From Octopus vulgaris (taxonomy: Eukaryota): DNA of 64,000 nucleotides. The notes under the pieces were generated by a model. The model saw only the letters and a list, made by a program, of their open reading frames with translations. It had not been told where the DNA came from and searched no databases. A program made the translations under genes and the position numbers. Below are positions 1 to 13,029 of this stretch, piece after piece (position 1 is the first letter of the stretch; every line of letters starts with the position of its first letter). The stretch is taken from assembly GCA_951406725.2 (NCBI GenBank), contig OX597818.1, positions 72,354,001 through 72,418,000 on the forward strand, in the 5' to 3' direction.

Positions 1-10
1 ATATATATAT

Positions 11-203
11 TCCTCAGGTTGACCCTCCAGTTTGTGGCCAGTGCTTGGTTCTGCGCTGCCATTATAGGGCTCTCTGTCTCTTTTTTAAGCGTTCCTTTCT
101 TTAGCCAATTCCGCCAATTTATTGTGTGGTTCTTTCTTGCGTAAATCTTCTTCATGACCTTTTTGTACTTCTTCCTTTGTTTTTCCTTTTTTATCTATCC
201 TAG
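11..203 (-). mobile_element. R4/Dong-type non-LTR retrotransposon internal fragment
   Basis: Minus strand translates WLKKGTLKKETESPIMAAQNQALATNWRV, the 'LKxETE..I.AAQDQ' motif upstream of the CCHC finger. DNA closely resembles 15377-15470. Abuts a trinucleotide tract. Confidence 0.75.
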
Positions 204-360
<157 letters not shown>

Positions 361-1280
361 TTTTAGTATTCTATTCTATGTGTAAACGCTTCAATAATTA
401 TTTAAAAGACTGATGCCAGATATGCTGTTTATAATAACTTTTGAGACAGAAACCACCATCTTGGAAACATCATTTCACTAAACAAAAACAATGAATAAGA
501 CAGTGAAGACAGAAGAATCAAATGGGGAGGGAACGAAAGTTTATTAGACATTATGAAGAAGTGTGATAGCGAAAAATAGAATATAGAGAAAATGAAAGAC
601 TAGCTTGTGGAATTAGAGAGATCTATCGCGTTTTGAGCAAATATTAATAAACTTCGATCAACAATTGAGTTTAAGATCAATTGATTTTTATTAAATAGCT
701 TAAATCGATAATAATCACAATTCGAATAATTATTATCACTTTTGTTGCTAACATTAATCAAGAAACTGGTTAGGGTTGTTAGTAAATAAACACGTCTGGC
801 AATTAATGTGAAAACATGAGAACAACAAATAATTTGACTGATTCTTCAGGTGCCAAGTGGAGAACAAATAAAGTCGAAAGTTAAAAGATTTTACTTAAAA
901 AAAAAACAAGACAAAAACACATGTGACGCATTGTGTAAACCATAACGAAGAACTTTTATAAAGTTTGGAATGTTCTCTATGTTTGTCTCAAACATTGTAT
1001 GCATTAGATATTGTTTGAATTATTTTCTAGTCATGTTCCGAACTGGAAATTGACCATTCATCTTTATTCTTAGAATTATCGTTACAAAGAACAAACAACA
1101 ATATAGAAATGAAGTTCCATTTCTGTCTGCTAAATACACCTCCATTGAATGAGTTTTTGAGTGTGTGGCATATTCAAAAACAGCAGTAAGTGTTCCTTAG
1201 TCCTTAACCCGCTAACATATGTATTTTCTCCGAACCGAATAATGGAAGTAATCCAGCTGTAAGTGGATACCGCGGGTACC

Positions 1281-1317
1281 TCTTCTTCTTCTTCTTCTTC
1301 TTCTTCTTCTTCTTCTT

Positions 1318-1408
<91 letters not shown>
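1281..1408. repeat. compound microsatellite (CTT)n(TAG)n
   Basis: Seen directly. Confidence 0.98.
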
Positions 1409-1409
1409 T

Positions 1410-2760
1410 AACTGAAGACATGATAGAGTTAGGCAATATTTATAGTGGTTAATATGTCGGTCGTAGTATTGAAGACGCCGCACAGTATCCAAAATGGTAA
1501 TATTGTATGCTGAAGATGTTGTGTGTACTGGGGATTTGTGCTGTCTGTTAGTATTAGCTCTCTCAGATAGATAGCATTTTACGCAGTATGTATGCAGTAC
1601 CAAAGAAAGCCGAATTTTACAATACACCAAGACTGAAGTGTATTTGTAAAGTGTCAAGATGTTTCTTCATTGTTCCTGATAACAGGAACAATATTAATGT
1701 TTGATTCTCGCAGTTGGCACATCTTGGCGATCTCAATTTTCAGGTGTCCATATTTGTCGACCATTTCTCTTCCTTTCTTGACAATATGTTGATCTTCTGG
1801 AACTGCCCCATCAATTATTCGGGACTCTTCTTGCCCCTCATAAAGGGTACTATATACGGACTTTAGTGCTCTAACAAATTGTCTTTCTAGAAGTCAACAT
1901 TTCACTGGAATTTTGCCCTCCGGCTTTTGTCCATTAATTTTTCTGGTGTATGTTTCTACCAAGTGACCATTATCTCAAATCCATACTTTCTGCACAATGG
2001 CCAGTGACGGTTTAGGCTACCTTGTTTTGTCTGCGCTTGTACTCTTTCTGTACAAGAATGTCACAAGCCGTAACGACGTGAGTTACACTTTCGACCTGCT
2101 TCCAACACATACTTCTGAGGCTAGTTGCATTTGTTTCACTGATTTAGTATTCAATACCAAATCCTGGGCAGCGATTATCAGACTTTCAGTCTGCTTTTTA
2201 GAGCCACTTCTGCTGAACAACATCTATGATGCTTCGTGGCCTTTTAAGTTGTTAGTTTCGCAGTGGAAGTGATCATGTAATTCCATGCGAAGTAGTATTT
2301 CTTCTGTCTCGTTGGCTATTCGTGATCGGAATTCATTAGCTCTCTCAACTCTGTTGTAGGCAAATCCTTCGGCATTAGCAGCATACTGTAGCAGGTCTTG
2401 TTTGCTGTTTATAAATACTCTCTCAAGCTTCTTCTTTCACTGTATATGCATTCCCGTACGCTTATCAAGATACGTTCAACTTTACCCATCTTCATGTACA
2501 GCCTGCGTACGTCCGCCTTAGGGTGGATGGCACCATGCATTGTCACCGTATTTCGGTTAGTGAGATCGAGTCGGTCAGTCTCCGTTTATGTCCATTTCAG
2601 AATCGATGCACTATAGAGAACAATAACAATAGAACATATGCTGATGGCAGTCACAAGGATCCTTTCATAGAGTTTTGACTTCAAGAGAAGTTTGAAGCGC
2701 TTCAAATATGCAGTGATAACATTGTCTTTCATTTCTCCGTAAAAGAGTTCCCTTTGCGTA
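1410..2760 (-). mobile_element. degenerate R4/Dong retrotransposon, 3' part
   Basis: Minus-strand motifs TMHGAIHPKADVRRLY (~2545), KQTESLIIAAQDLVLNTK (~2190) and C-terminal GTAYILRKMLSI* (~1565), then a ~150-bp 3' UTR running into a trinucleotide tract. Many stops and frameshifts. Confidence 0.8.
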
Positions 2761-2819
2761 GAATCCTAACATTGGGCTACAACAGGTAGCCTTAGATGCC
2801 AAGAACATTCCTATTGGGT

Positions 2820-3085
2820 TACAGCAAATAACATTATGGAATGCGAGAAGATAATGTAAAAGTGATACCAGTGGTGATCAGAGCACAGGGCTCAATCCCA
2901 CTGAAACTTCAAAACTTCTTAAGGCAACTGGAATTCCCTTTCAAGATTGATGTCTTGCAAAAAGCAGCCTTATTGGGCACAGCGCACAACTTAAGGAAAG
3001 TATTATTTGTCTGAGGTCCTCGTTGTGTCTTGACAGATGACTAAAGACTCCAGTGCATTTTTATCTACACTGTGTTATGAAGAAA
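2820..3085 (+). mobile_element. R4/Dong 3'-end fragment (RLE C-terminus + 3' UTR) followed by (TAA)n at 3086-3217
   Basis: VKVIPVVIRAQGSIPLKLQNFLRQLEFPFKIDVLQKAALLGTAHNLRKVLFV*, then a short UTR and a (TAA)n tract. Confidence 0.8.
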
Positions 3086-3114
3086 TAATAATGATAACGA
3101 TGATAATAATAATG

Positions 3115-3176
<62 letters not shown>

Positions 3177-3927
3177 TATAATAATAATAATAATAATAAT
3201 AATAATGTTAATAATATAGATTTTAAAATCTTATAATATACTTCTAATTCTTTCGGCAAATCAGTAGGAATTCGAAAAAAATAAGACTAAATTATTCTGT
3301 AAAATGAATTACATACGCGTATTCATGAGTGTTTGTGTGTTTCAGTTTATTTCACAGCATATTGATGTGTGTATGCATGCATATTACAGTATGTACACAC
3401 ATACACGCATATATGTATATGCATGCATACGTGTGTGTATAATTATATATATATATACAAGCATAGATATATAGCTGTTTCACCGCAAGTAAATATAGAA
3501 ATATATAATTATATCTTATATATATTTATATATGTACGTACACACACGGACACACGCACACAGACACACGTACACAGACACAGACACACAACACACACAA
3601 ACGCACACACACACACGTATATACACATATGAATATATGTTATTATGTACGTGTTTCAGTGTGTGCAATTGTGCATATGAGAATCGTTCAGCTAAAATGA
3701 ACGGAATAGGCAATAAATAGTTCCAAACCAAATATATTAAGCAAATTATTTTTCCATTAAGACTTATAACGTTTTCGCGAAATTTCTTAATTGATTATAT
3801 GATGGCCAAACAGGAATGTGCATCAATTACATAATTTATAATTTTCTTGCTAGAAGCTTCACAACGAAAGTTATGAAGGAATAAAGTGCAGGGGAACGGC
3901 ACGTGTCTTAGGGATATATATATATAT

Positions 3928-4014
<87 letters not shown>

Positions 4015-4034
4015 GTGTATGCTTTTCTATATAG

Positions 4035-4885
4035 CTATACACAGACATGCATCAATACTTGAACTTTAAATCGTGCCATCCAACACATGCAAAACAATTT
4101 ATATACTGCATAGATAGAAAAATTTGCACCATTGTGGAAGATGTGAATACCAGAGACAAACGCCTAATAGAACTCAAAGAATTTCTATTCAGACAAAAAT
4201 ACCTATCTTTACTTTTAAAAAATGGCATACAGCGCGCTATAGATATACCCATGCACCAATTTAGATCAACCCCAAAACGAGGAAATAAAGAACAGGTAAT
4301 ACCATTTATAGTGACACACAATCTGTGTCACCAGATCATCTTTAGCATTGCCAAAGCAAACTTGATCATTGCTCAAAGTAATGAATGAGAGGATTTAATT
4401 ACGGATCGGGCTATGATTCCAAGTAAAAGACAGCCGAAGAACTTGAAACAATGATTAACAAACGCGAAGTTTGATCTAAGCAACAACGACGAATTTTTCA
4501 TTGATATATTGATGCGGTATATGTCAGTTGATACATACCGGTTAATATATGAGCGGAAAAACCCGGAAGAATATTTACAAATGAAAATATGAACTGCTGC
4601 AAAAGCACAAATTTAATTTACTGCACCAAAACCCCGAATTGTGAAGAGATATACGTTGGTCAGACTGGAAATGCATTATCGGATCGTTTACGTGCGTACC
4701 GACAATATATTAGGGACCCTGATGTCCGTCAAATCCTTTTAAGCTACCATCTGGCAACATGTGGTCAGAAAAAGTTAATAATATTCCCATTCTACAAGCT
4801 ACACAACTCAAGTGAAGTTGAGAAAAATGTCAGAGAAGAGAATTTTATTGATAAACTCAAATCCGTTTTAAATGGACAGTTATAG
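4035..4885 (+). mobile_element. Penelope-like element fragment (RT thumb + GIY-YIG endonuclease), disrupted
   Basis: ORF 4047-4388 has HQYLNFKSCHP and PFIVTHN. ORF 4589-4885 has NLIYC...IYVGQTG..LSDR...H...IFPF...E..FI..L...LN (GIY-YIG). Confidence 0.85.
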
Positions 4886-5159
4886 GTGATAATTATAATG
4901 ATGATGGTGATGATAATATGTACTATTGCTATTACTACTGATACCAACGCCACCACTGACAACAGCAATAATAAAGGTGACGGTAAGGATCGTAGTAGTG
5001 TTGATCATATGAACATGGATTTGATTGAAATCTCTGGAAAAGTAACAATAAAATTCAATGAAAACAAGAATGTTACTCACAACATTCACAATTATTCCTT
5101 ATTCTTAGTCTCATGCATATCTGTTGTGCGTCATGCATATTTCTGTTCAGTCATATACA

Positions 5160-5204
<45 letters not shown>

Positions 5205-5205
5205 T

Positions 5206-5309
<104 letters not shown>

Positions 5310-5353
5310 AGCAAAAATTCTAGTTCAAAAATCTCTCTAAGAGATCAACGCAT

Positions 5354-5642
5354 GTGTGTTTTTGATTTATGCACAAGAAACAGAAATAAATTAATATAAT
5401 AATAAATTGAGATAATTTGGCAGTTCGGAGAAATAGAATAAGTACCAGTGTTTTTTTAAATGTACTTTGGTTAATTTGTTCGATTAAACCCTTCAAGGTG
5501 GTACTTCTGTGGAGTGGTCGTCTAATGACTGAAACAAGTTAAATATAATAGAACCACAAACTACGTAGTTGTGGATTAGACTTCTTAAACTCGGTCACAT
5601 GTCTATGGTTATAAATAATCTGCAGGGATAAAATACTCAGTA
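5354..5642 (+). repeat. ~290-bp direct duplication, copy 1
   Basis: Nearly identical to 8737-9035 (a few substitutions and small indels). Contains a SINE 3' remnant plus non-SINE sequence. Confidence 0.92.
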
Positions 5643-6049
5643 ATATTCGTAGCCACATTAACATGGTTGTCCGTTCGAGCGGACTCTACTGCGATATTCT
5701 AACCCCAAGGAAACATTTCCTCTAGCTGGTTAACGTTGCACAGCTGCATTCGATAAATTGCAAACAATTTTACCGGTTGAGTTAGCATCTCGGTTAAATC
5801 TAACCAATGAGGAGATAGATGCAAACATTAATCAAGAATTGGGGTAGTTAATTAACTATACCCATTCAACGGGAAGTTTTTTTCTTGCTTACTACTAATG
5901 AAAGATTAATATATTTTCCATTATTACACATCAATAGAATAAGTAGAAACAATCACTGCCTAGGTTCAGATTTTATAAGCACTAAGCTGTTATTCATTTG
6001 CCGAACCCAGAGAAAATGATTCCTCACCGCTATTTATATACGATGACTG

Positions 6050-6109
<60 letters not shown>

Positions 6110-6111
<2 letters not shown>

Positions 6112-7120
6112 GAAACGAAAATCTTTGAAAAAATAAAGTTATTGCTTCACTTACAATTCGATAAGTCCACTCTATTTCAAACTAGTGGCCACCATTTCTG
6201 ATAAGTCCCTCTCAAAGTGTTTTGCTAGAATTATATTACGTTATGTGACACTTTTTCAAGCTTGGTGGGTATTTCTTTTGTGAATATACTTTTATAATTT
6301 TGTTTCCTATCTCCTGCAATGGGCCAAATTTTCTACTAGCTTTTTTAATTTTGAACCGAAATATACCCAAGAACGTGCTTATTCTGTAAAGTAGGGCGAT
6401 TGAGGGACAAGAGGCTTCTCTTGCAATTCTAAATCGTCAAGGATAATGCATGTCCTGCACGTTACGTGGTACATCATCCTTATTTTGTTTCCGATGTATC
6501 AAATTCCCTTTTTCACATTGCTTCTCGCCAACGCTTCAGGACAATTTAGTAAACCACTTTATCTGTCCAATGGGACCTTAGAATATACATATAAATAATT
6601 ATAAAAGACCTTCATTTTTCTTTTTCTTTTTAGTAGTGATAACGATATCGTAACCACACAACCACAGCTCATTCTTATGTCACTTCTGAAAAAAATGTTT
6701 TCATTAGAACTCGAAAGAAACAAAGCAACTGATTGAGGGTGACACGGTTTCATTTTCCTTCCTATGCAAACAAATGCGGTACATGTTTTGCAGCAACATA
6801 ATCTGTCTTTTGACGTCGTTATATAGCAAGAGCTTTTACAGAAGATTGCTTTGGAGGAACTTCATAGACAATTATGTGACAATTTTTCGTGTAAAACAGC
6901 TCGTGGTTTTGCAACGTAATCGCCATCCGGCACTGTGGAAGGGCGCCAAGAATTGCGATCGCCTTTGGTAAATATATCTTCTGATTTAAAACGTCGACAA
7001 TACTCGAGACATTGATTACGACTCAAGAAATCCACTGTTATAAAATTCAGTAAAGTTTTTCCACTTTGAAATTAAAATTTCCCAGAAATAAGTTGCTCTT
7101 ATATATAGATTATTTTTCAA
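6110..7120 (-). mobile_element. highly degraded mariner (Tc1/mariner superfamily) transposon
   Basis: Minus-strand remnants Y*IVLKRWREAM*KR (~6550-6510), VPQSPYFTE*A (cf. VPQPPYSPDLA, ~6408-6376) and NGGH*FE (~6197) occur in mariner order. Boundaries approximate. Confidence 0.55.
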
Positions 7121-7210
7121 GTTGAATTAATCATCAAATTACTTAATCACTAATTGGCATAGTGCGATATAGATGTTAGCATAGTGAAGATATATCAAGG
7201 TCACTCATAC

Positions 7211-7279
7211 ATTCTCCTGCAATCGTGAACACGTTGCCCCAGCTGAAGACAGGTTCTTTTGGAAATGCCGGTGTAGGAT
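7211..7279 (-). other. candidate 69-bp host exon (phase 1-1), xPTPAFPKEPVFSWGNVFTIAGE
   Basis: Minus strand ttttgcAG|atcctacaccg...ggagaat|GTatga. Open frame and more GC-rich than its flanks; no homology recognised. Confidence 0.3.
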
Positions 7280-7726
7280 CTGCAAAATCGGATAGAACTA
7301 AACAGGCTTATCTAACCTGCATATAATTAAAAGACTTAGCAATGAGAATTGGTTTATAATAGAATAAACTTGGTGCTAATGTAAAGTAAACTTACAAGCT
7401 TATGCTTTAATAATCATAGGTGTTAGTCTTATAGGGAAGATTTGTGAGATCGTTCTCTTTTCTCGACAACAGAGAAAAACCCGTTGCTTTGCAGTGAGAT
7501 AAAAATATGTATTTAGTAACAGTACATTCTCTTGAGTTAAACTGAATGTGTGTACACACACAGAAGTATGTACATGCGCAGGGAAAATATGTATGTATGT
7601 ATTTATGTATATATGCATGCGTGCACGCATGTATGTGCGTATGTATGTAATTATAGTACGTATATGTGTATGATATACAGTAATATTTTGTGTTTATAAA
7701 TGAAAATATCTATATGCATTCACTTA

Positions 7727-7794
<68 letters not shown>

Positions 7795-8278
7795 CACACA
7801 CACATAAATACTTCCCCCCCACCAATTTATTTTCTCCACATTCATGAATAATAACACTACAAAATGCTAATAAATAATTCACAAAAATATACAAGTCACA
7901 ATTAATTATCAAATCGTTTTCCACTTAGAGCAAGAAGCAAATATTACGCCGAGACAAGAACTAAATTACAAAATGCAAATAGATTTTCACATTTATAAAA
8001 CGTCAAGTATTTTCTAATTTAAATCTCGTATTTGTTTACTTCAACATTTTAGATTGATTTCATTTTATGCAGAATATATACGTGCATAATTGCTTTATGT
8101 TTTACGAGTATATTGTGTATGTCAGAAGATCCACATTAATCGTTTGGAGAACATATAAAGAGAGTGAACTAGCAGACGTTGAGAATTGAAACTTGGTAGT
8201 TTTCTGAATTTCATTCCCATATACTTCAGCTACCATACAACAGTATCATTATATGTATGTGTATATATATATATATAT

Positions 8279-8365
8279 AATCTTTTACTTGTTTCAGTCA
8301 TTTGACTGCGCCCATGCTGGAGCACCACCTTTAGTCGAGCAAATGGATCCCAGGACTTATACTTA
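8279..8365 (-). mobile_element. SINE family A 3' fragment
   Basis: cttttacttgtttcagtcatttgactgcgcccatgctggagcacc matches the ends of 28634-29256 and 39127-39650. Confidence 0.75.
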
Positions 8366-8541
8366 TATATATATATATATATATATATAGGCGTAAAGTT
8401 GCGATGGTATGAATGTAGTACTTGTATATAATGTATGATGAATTTATGGAATGAAGTAAAGTCCCATAAATCCCATCAATTTTGTTAAGAATGGAGAAAA
8501 TAAAATGTTAAAATTTATAAAATTCATAAGAAGTTTAATTC

Positions 8542-8629
8542 TTGCAGACGATCGTTTCGTACAGAAATATAATAGCATACATTCATAATTGAATTAAATT
8601 AAATAAGTATCAACTTACTCTTCAGTACA
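8542..8629 (-). ncRNA. type I hammerhead ribozyme fold with long stem-II loop (PLE-type terminus, ~8389-8720)
   Basis: Minus strand: tgta-CTGAAGA-gta[~54-nt loop]tac-GAAA-cgatcg-TC-tgca. Palindromic stem III; ATTAAA just downstream; region ends in (TA)n. Confidence 0.6.
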
Positions 8630-8736
8630 GGAAGGAAAGAAAACATAATTCAAGGAACGTTATATTTTTTATTCGAAAGCCTTGACAATTATTATATATT
8701 TAACTTTAGCCTACTTACTAATTACATTGCATGCGT

Positions 8737-9035
8737 GTGTGTTTTTGATTTATGCACAACAATAAACAGAAATAAATTAATATAATAAATTGAGATAATT
8801 TGGCAGTTCGGAGAAATAGAGAAGAATAGAATAAGTACCAGTGTTTTTTTAAATGTACTTTGGTTAATTTGTTCGATTAAACCCTTCAAGGCGGTACTTC
8901 TGTGGAGTGGTCGTCTAATGACTGAAACAAGTTAAATATAATAGAACCACAAACTACGTATTTGCTGATTAGACTTCTTAAACTCGGTCACATGTCTATG
9001 GTTATAAATAATCTGCAGGGATAAAATACTCAGTA
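8737..9035 (+). repeat. ~290-bp direct duplication, copy 2
   Basis: Matches 5354-5642. Confidence 0.92.
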
Positions 9036-9403
9036 TTATCATCTATTGCTCAGACCTTTCCACGATACTGAATAAACAAATGAATTTACTACAATACAGT
9101 AAGATAGACTACGAAGGGGCGACAATTTCCTATCGCAACACCAATGAGGCATCAGATACCTATGTTTTTTGTCGCATTGTATATAGTTTTACAATAAACA
9201 GAAGGCTTGAAAACATATTACTAATACTTATTCTGTCATTAAAATTAGCAGCATTGGCGCTATGGTACACAGGCGGTAGAATCTGTGTACCTAGTATGTA
9301 TTAGATCACGCATGGGAAACATACGTTATCTCTGGACATCATTTTAAACGGGAAATGTTATATAAATAGCCCTCTCAAGCCTAAGGATACTAATAATATT
9401 TAC

Positions 9404-9455
9404 CTGCTTCTTGACGTTTCTGCAGCTGATGTCAGGGTAGTTGTTGGTAGAATAA
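9404..9455 (-). other. candidate 52-bp host exon
   Basis: Minus strand ttttgtttttccAG|ttattctacc...aagaagcag|GTaaat: strong acceptor and donor, two of three frames open. Confidence 0.3.
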
Positions 9456-10877
9456 CTGGAAAAACAAAATCAAATATTTGATGGAAGATATTTATTATCG
9501 AGATATAGATAAATACAAGAATAAACACCGAAGAGTTATTTGATGTTTATGCCGCCATCATAAAACGGAGGAATATACTGCATAAAGCTGATCTGAGTAG
9601 AACGTGTCAGGAAAGGAATCTATGATTCCGGCAGGATTGTCAACCAACTAGTGTCTATTCCTTACAGAGGTTTCTTTAATGAAGCGAAACGAAGTGATTG
9701 GCTTGACGTTTTTAGAGAAGGCACTTTTAAATGAAACTCTTTGATAAAACAACAACATCGACCAAACAACACATTTTAATATTTTATATATATGGATGTA
9801 TAGGTTAACTATCAGTTCATGCAGCCATTCTTTAATTGGAATGACTTGATGTAATAAATGATATAAAAAGGAGCTAAAAGTTTTAATTGATTAACGGAGC
9901 ACAATCTTAAGTTTAACGATTCATTTTAATATTTAAGGGACAGAGTCAACGTCTATTGAAAAGGTTGCATGTTGCAACGAAAATTTTAGGAAAAATAAAT
10001 AAGTAAATGAGTGGAAACTTTACTGGTGAGTGTGTTAAATAATAAGACACTAAAAGAGAATGACTCTCCCCAGGCACAACAACTTAATACGCAACGTTTA
10101 ATATCTAATCTTTGCTAAACACGCTATCAGTGTAAGTGAAGGGGTTATGTCTGCGGTATGGAAACCCATCGGAACAGGATAAATAATCAAGATACAAATT
10201 AGACCTAAAGAGCTAACGACGAAGCTCCACGTAGTCGTTTGTAATTTCAGTAATAATTATCAAACATCCTACAGACTATTTTCTTAAAGCTGTGAAGAAT
10301 CTTATTGGATAATAAGTTCAAAAATATTCCTACATGAAGACGAGATAACCAATTCTGGATGGCTTTTTGCCATAGGTTTCGTAAATAACAACAATAGGGA
10401 GCGCTTCTATATGGTAGAGGGATCACGTAGAAATCAAGGACAGCAGTTAAATATCTAAAATCCTTTGTATCTAAATATCACAATCTTAAACTATGAATGA
10501 CACGTTTAGTAATGATGTTATTGATGCTCTTCCTATAATAACAACATGGCCACATCTGGAAGAATCCAAGCCATGAGTCTCAATAAGGAAGCCTTTTTTG
10601 GGTTGACTAAAAAAAAAAGCGACAGCGCATCATTGTGAGTGACTCTTAGTGGTCGCTCCACTATCTTGAAATAGCAGTCAAATATTCCCTAACACATCAT
10701 AAAAGTCGACTGGGTCATGTGATTATAGGGGCAATTATATCTGAATAGAAACAAGAAAAAAGATGGCTACCTATTGAACGCCTATGGGCAATAAGTGGAC
10801 TAAAGCAGAGCAGTCTTGAAGCTTAACAGCTAAAAGCAGTAATTTCCCCGAAGAAAAACAACAACAAAACAATAATA

Positions 10878-11290
10878 ATTCTACCAAAGGCACAAGGTCT
10901 GAAATTTTGTGGGGATGGGGGTTCGTCGATTACGTTAACGCCAGTGTTCAACTGGGGATTATTTTATTGAAACCCAAAGGTTAAATCGGCCTCGGTGGAA
11001 TTTGAACCCAGCATGCTAAGACGGAGGAAATGCCGCTAAACATTTTGTCTGAGTTGTTAACGATTCTGCCAGGTGGCTGCCTTGAAGACAATAATAATGA
11101 TTTTAGATTTTGGCACAAGGCCAGCAAATTCGAGGTAGGAGTAAGTCGATTACATCACCCTCAGTGTTCAACTTGTACTTATTTTATTCACTCCGAAAGG
11201 CTAAGTCGACCTCGGTGGAATTTGAAATCAGAACTTGAAGAGGGAAACATTTTGACCGGTGTATTAACGATTCTGCCAGTTCGCTGCCTT
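10878..11290 (-). mobile_element. two adjacent tRNA-derived SINE family B copies (10878-11083, 11101-11290)
   Basis: Reverse complement of the family B head aaggcggcgagctggcagaatcgtta...gttcaaattcc (A/B-box-like) and body gcctttcatcctttcggggtcgat...aagtaccag. Confidence 0.8.
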
Positions 11291-11636
11291 GATGGTAACA
11301 AGAATAATAATAACAATAGCAAGAACCACAAAGACAGTAATTATTTGTTGGTGTCAAATAGTATGATTTAAAGCAGAAACGCAACAGTAGCCCATTTAAT
11401 TAAAGTGACAAGCTGCAACACCTTGTAGCTTTGTATTCTCTGAAAAACTCTTAAAGTTGAAACGAATAAATATTATACCATCTTCATCTAAATTCACTTG
11501 CCACACCTTTCATTTTATAATATCAATAACACTTTCAATAGTTTTGATTTGATTTTCACTCATTTAAAAATGCATTTTAGACATTAGTATCATAATACCA
11601 ATCCGTTATCACTTGTCATTATTATCACCATCACAA

Positions 11637-12215
11637 AGGCGGTGTGCTGGCAGAAACATTAGCATGCCGGGCGAAATGTTTAGCAGTATTTCGTCTGCCG
11701 CTACGTTCTGAGTTCAAATTCTGCCGAGGACAACTTTGCCTTTCATCCTTTCAGGGTCGACTAAATAAGTACCAGTTACGTACTGGGGTCGATATAATCG
11801 ACTTAATCCGTTTGTCTGTCCTTGTTTGTCCTCTCTGTGTTTAACCCCTTGTGGGTAGTAAAGAAATAGGTATTTCGTCTGCCGTTACGTTCTGAGTTCA
11901 AATTCCGCTGAGGTCGACCTTGCCTTTCATCCTTTCGGGGTCGATAAATTAAGTACCAGTTACGCACTGGGGTCTATATAATCGACTTAATCCGTTTGTC
12001 TGTCTTTGTTTGTCCTCTCTATGTTTAGCCCCTTGTGGGTAATAAAGAAATAGGTATTTCGTCGGTCGCTACGTTCTGAGTTCAAATTTCGCAGATGTCG
12101 ACGCTGCTTTCATCCTTTCGGAATCGATAAATTAAGTACCTGTAAAACATGGGGTCGATGTAACCGACTAGTCCCCTTCCTCCAAAATTTCCAAGGCCTT
12201 ATGGCTAGGGTAGAA
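11637..12215 (+). mobile_element. SINE family B with internal 184-bp tandem triplication
   Basis: Head aaggcggtgtgctggcagaaa. Unit gtatttcgtc...gagttcaaattc... recurs at 11686, 11870 and 12054. Confidence 0.85.
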
Positions 12216-13029
12216 ATAATTATTATCATCATCGCATTCATCACAATCAACATCTTCATCATCAGCAACTGAACTCCCCCATCACCACTATCATCATCCT
12301 CATCACCATCATTATCGTCATGATTGTCATTGCCACAATCATTCCCTTCACTGTTTCTGTTGCCATCGTTTATGTTATTCATAACATTATCAAGTACCAT
12401 CCTGACTTCTACAACAATGAATCTATAACTAATTCATTCCTTCTCTAGTCCCACTCCTAGTCTGCATCATAACTTTATTTCTCAGCACCATGATCATCAT
12501 CATCACTGCCACCATGATCATTCTCCTCTTCCACTTCAAAACTGACATCATCTTAATCAACTTTGCTTTTCATTATTATTTTCTAGCCACCATATGCGTC
12601 ATTCCTTTAATGCAGATGAGCAATCATCACTAGCGGCTATTAGTCTAACTACAAGCATTTTTCTATATAATATATTATCTCCTGTTTTGGAGTTCAAGCC
12701 CTGTTCGAGGAGTGTTTTGCAATTCACCTCCTCGGTGAATTTAACTTTGGAAATAATGAAGTTTTTTTCAGCTATCATAGTATTTTTTTTTTATTAGCTT
12801 TGAGTGAAAAAACGTGTGACCAAAGGTTTCCTATTGCTGTCAGGTTTCTATTCAGAAATAATGTCTGGAGGTCAACTCCTTCCAACACATCCTTCCTCTT
12901 TTAAGACGTTTGGGTGTAATTTGATGCTGAAATGTTGCTCTTTCTACAATGTATCATTGTTGTCATCGTCGTTACCTCCACCACCACCCCCCCTACCAAC
13001 ATCGTTATCATTTCATCAGTATTAGGTCG

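Noticed and set aside
4440-4540. In-frame TGA beside the PLE Cys linker as selenocysteine
   Set aside because: The TGA precedes an intact CGIC and is better explained by CGA->TGA decay; no SECIS recognised.
5354-9035. LTR pair flanking a retrotransposon
   Set aside because: No clear TG...CA ends, PBS, PPT or gag/pol between the repeats.
11637-11730. tRNA gene
   Set aside because: A/B-box-like head of a SINE with no complete cloverleaf.
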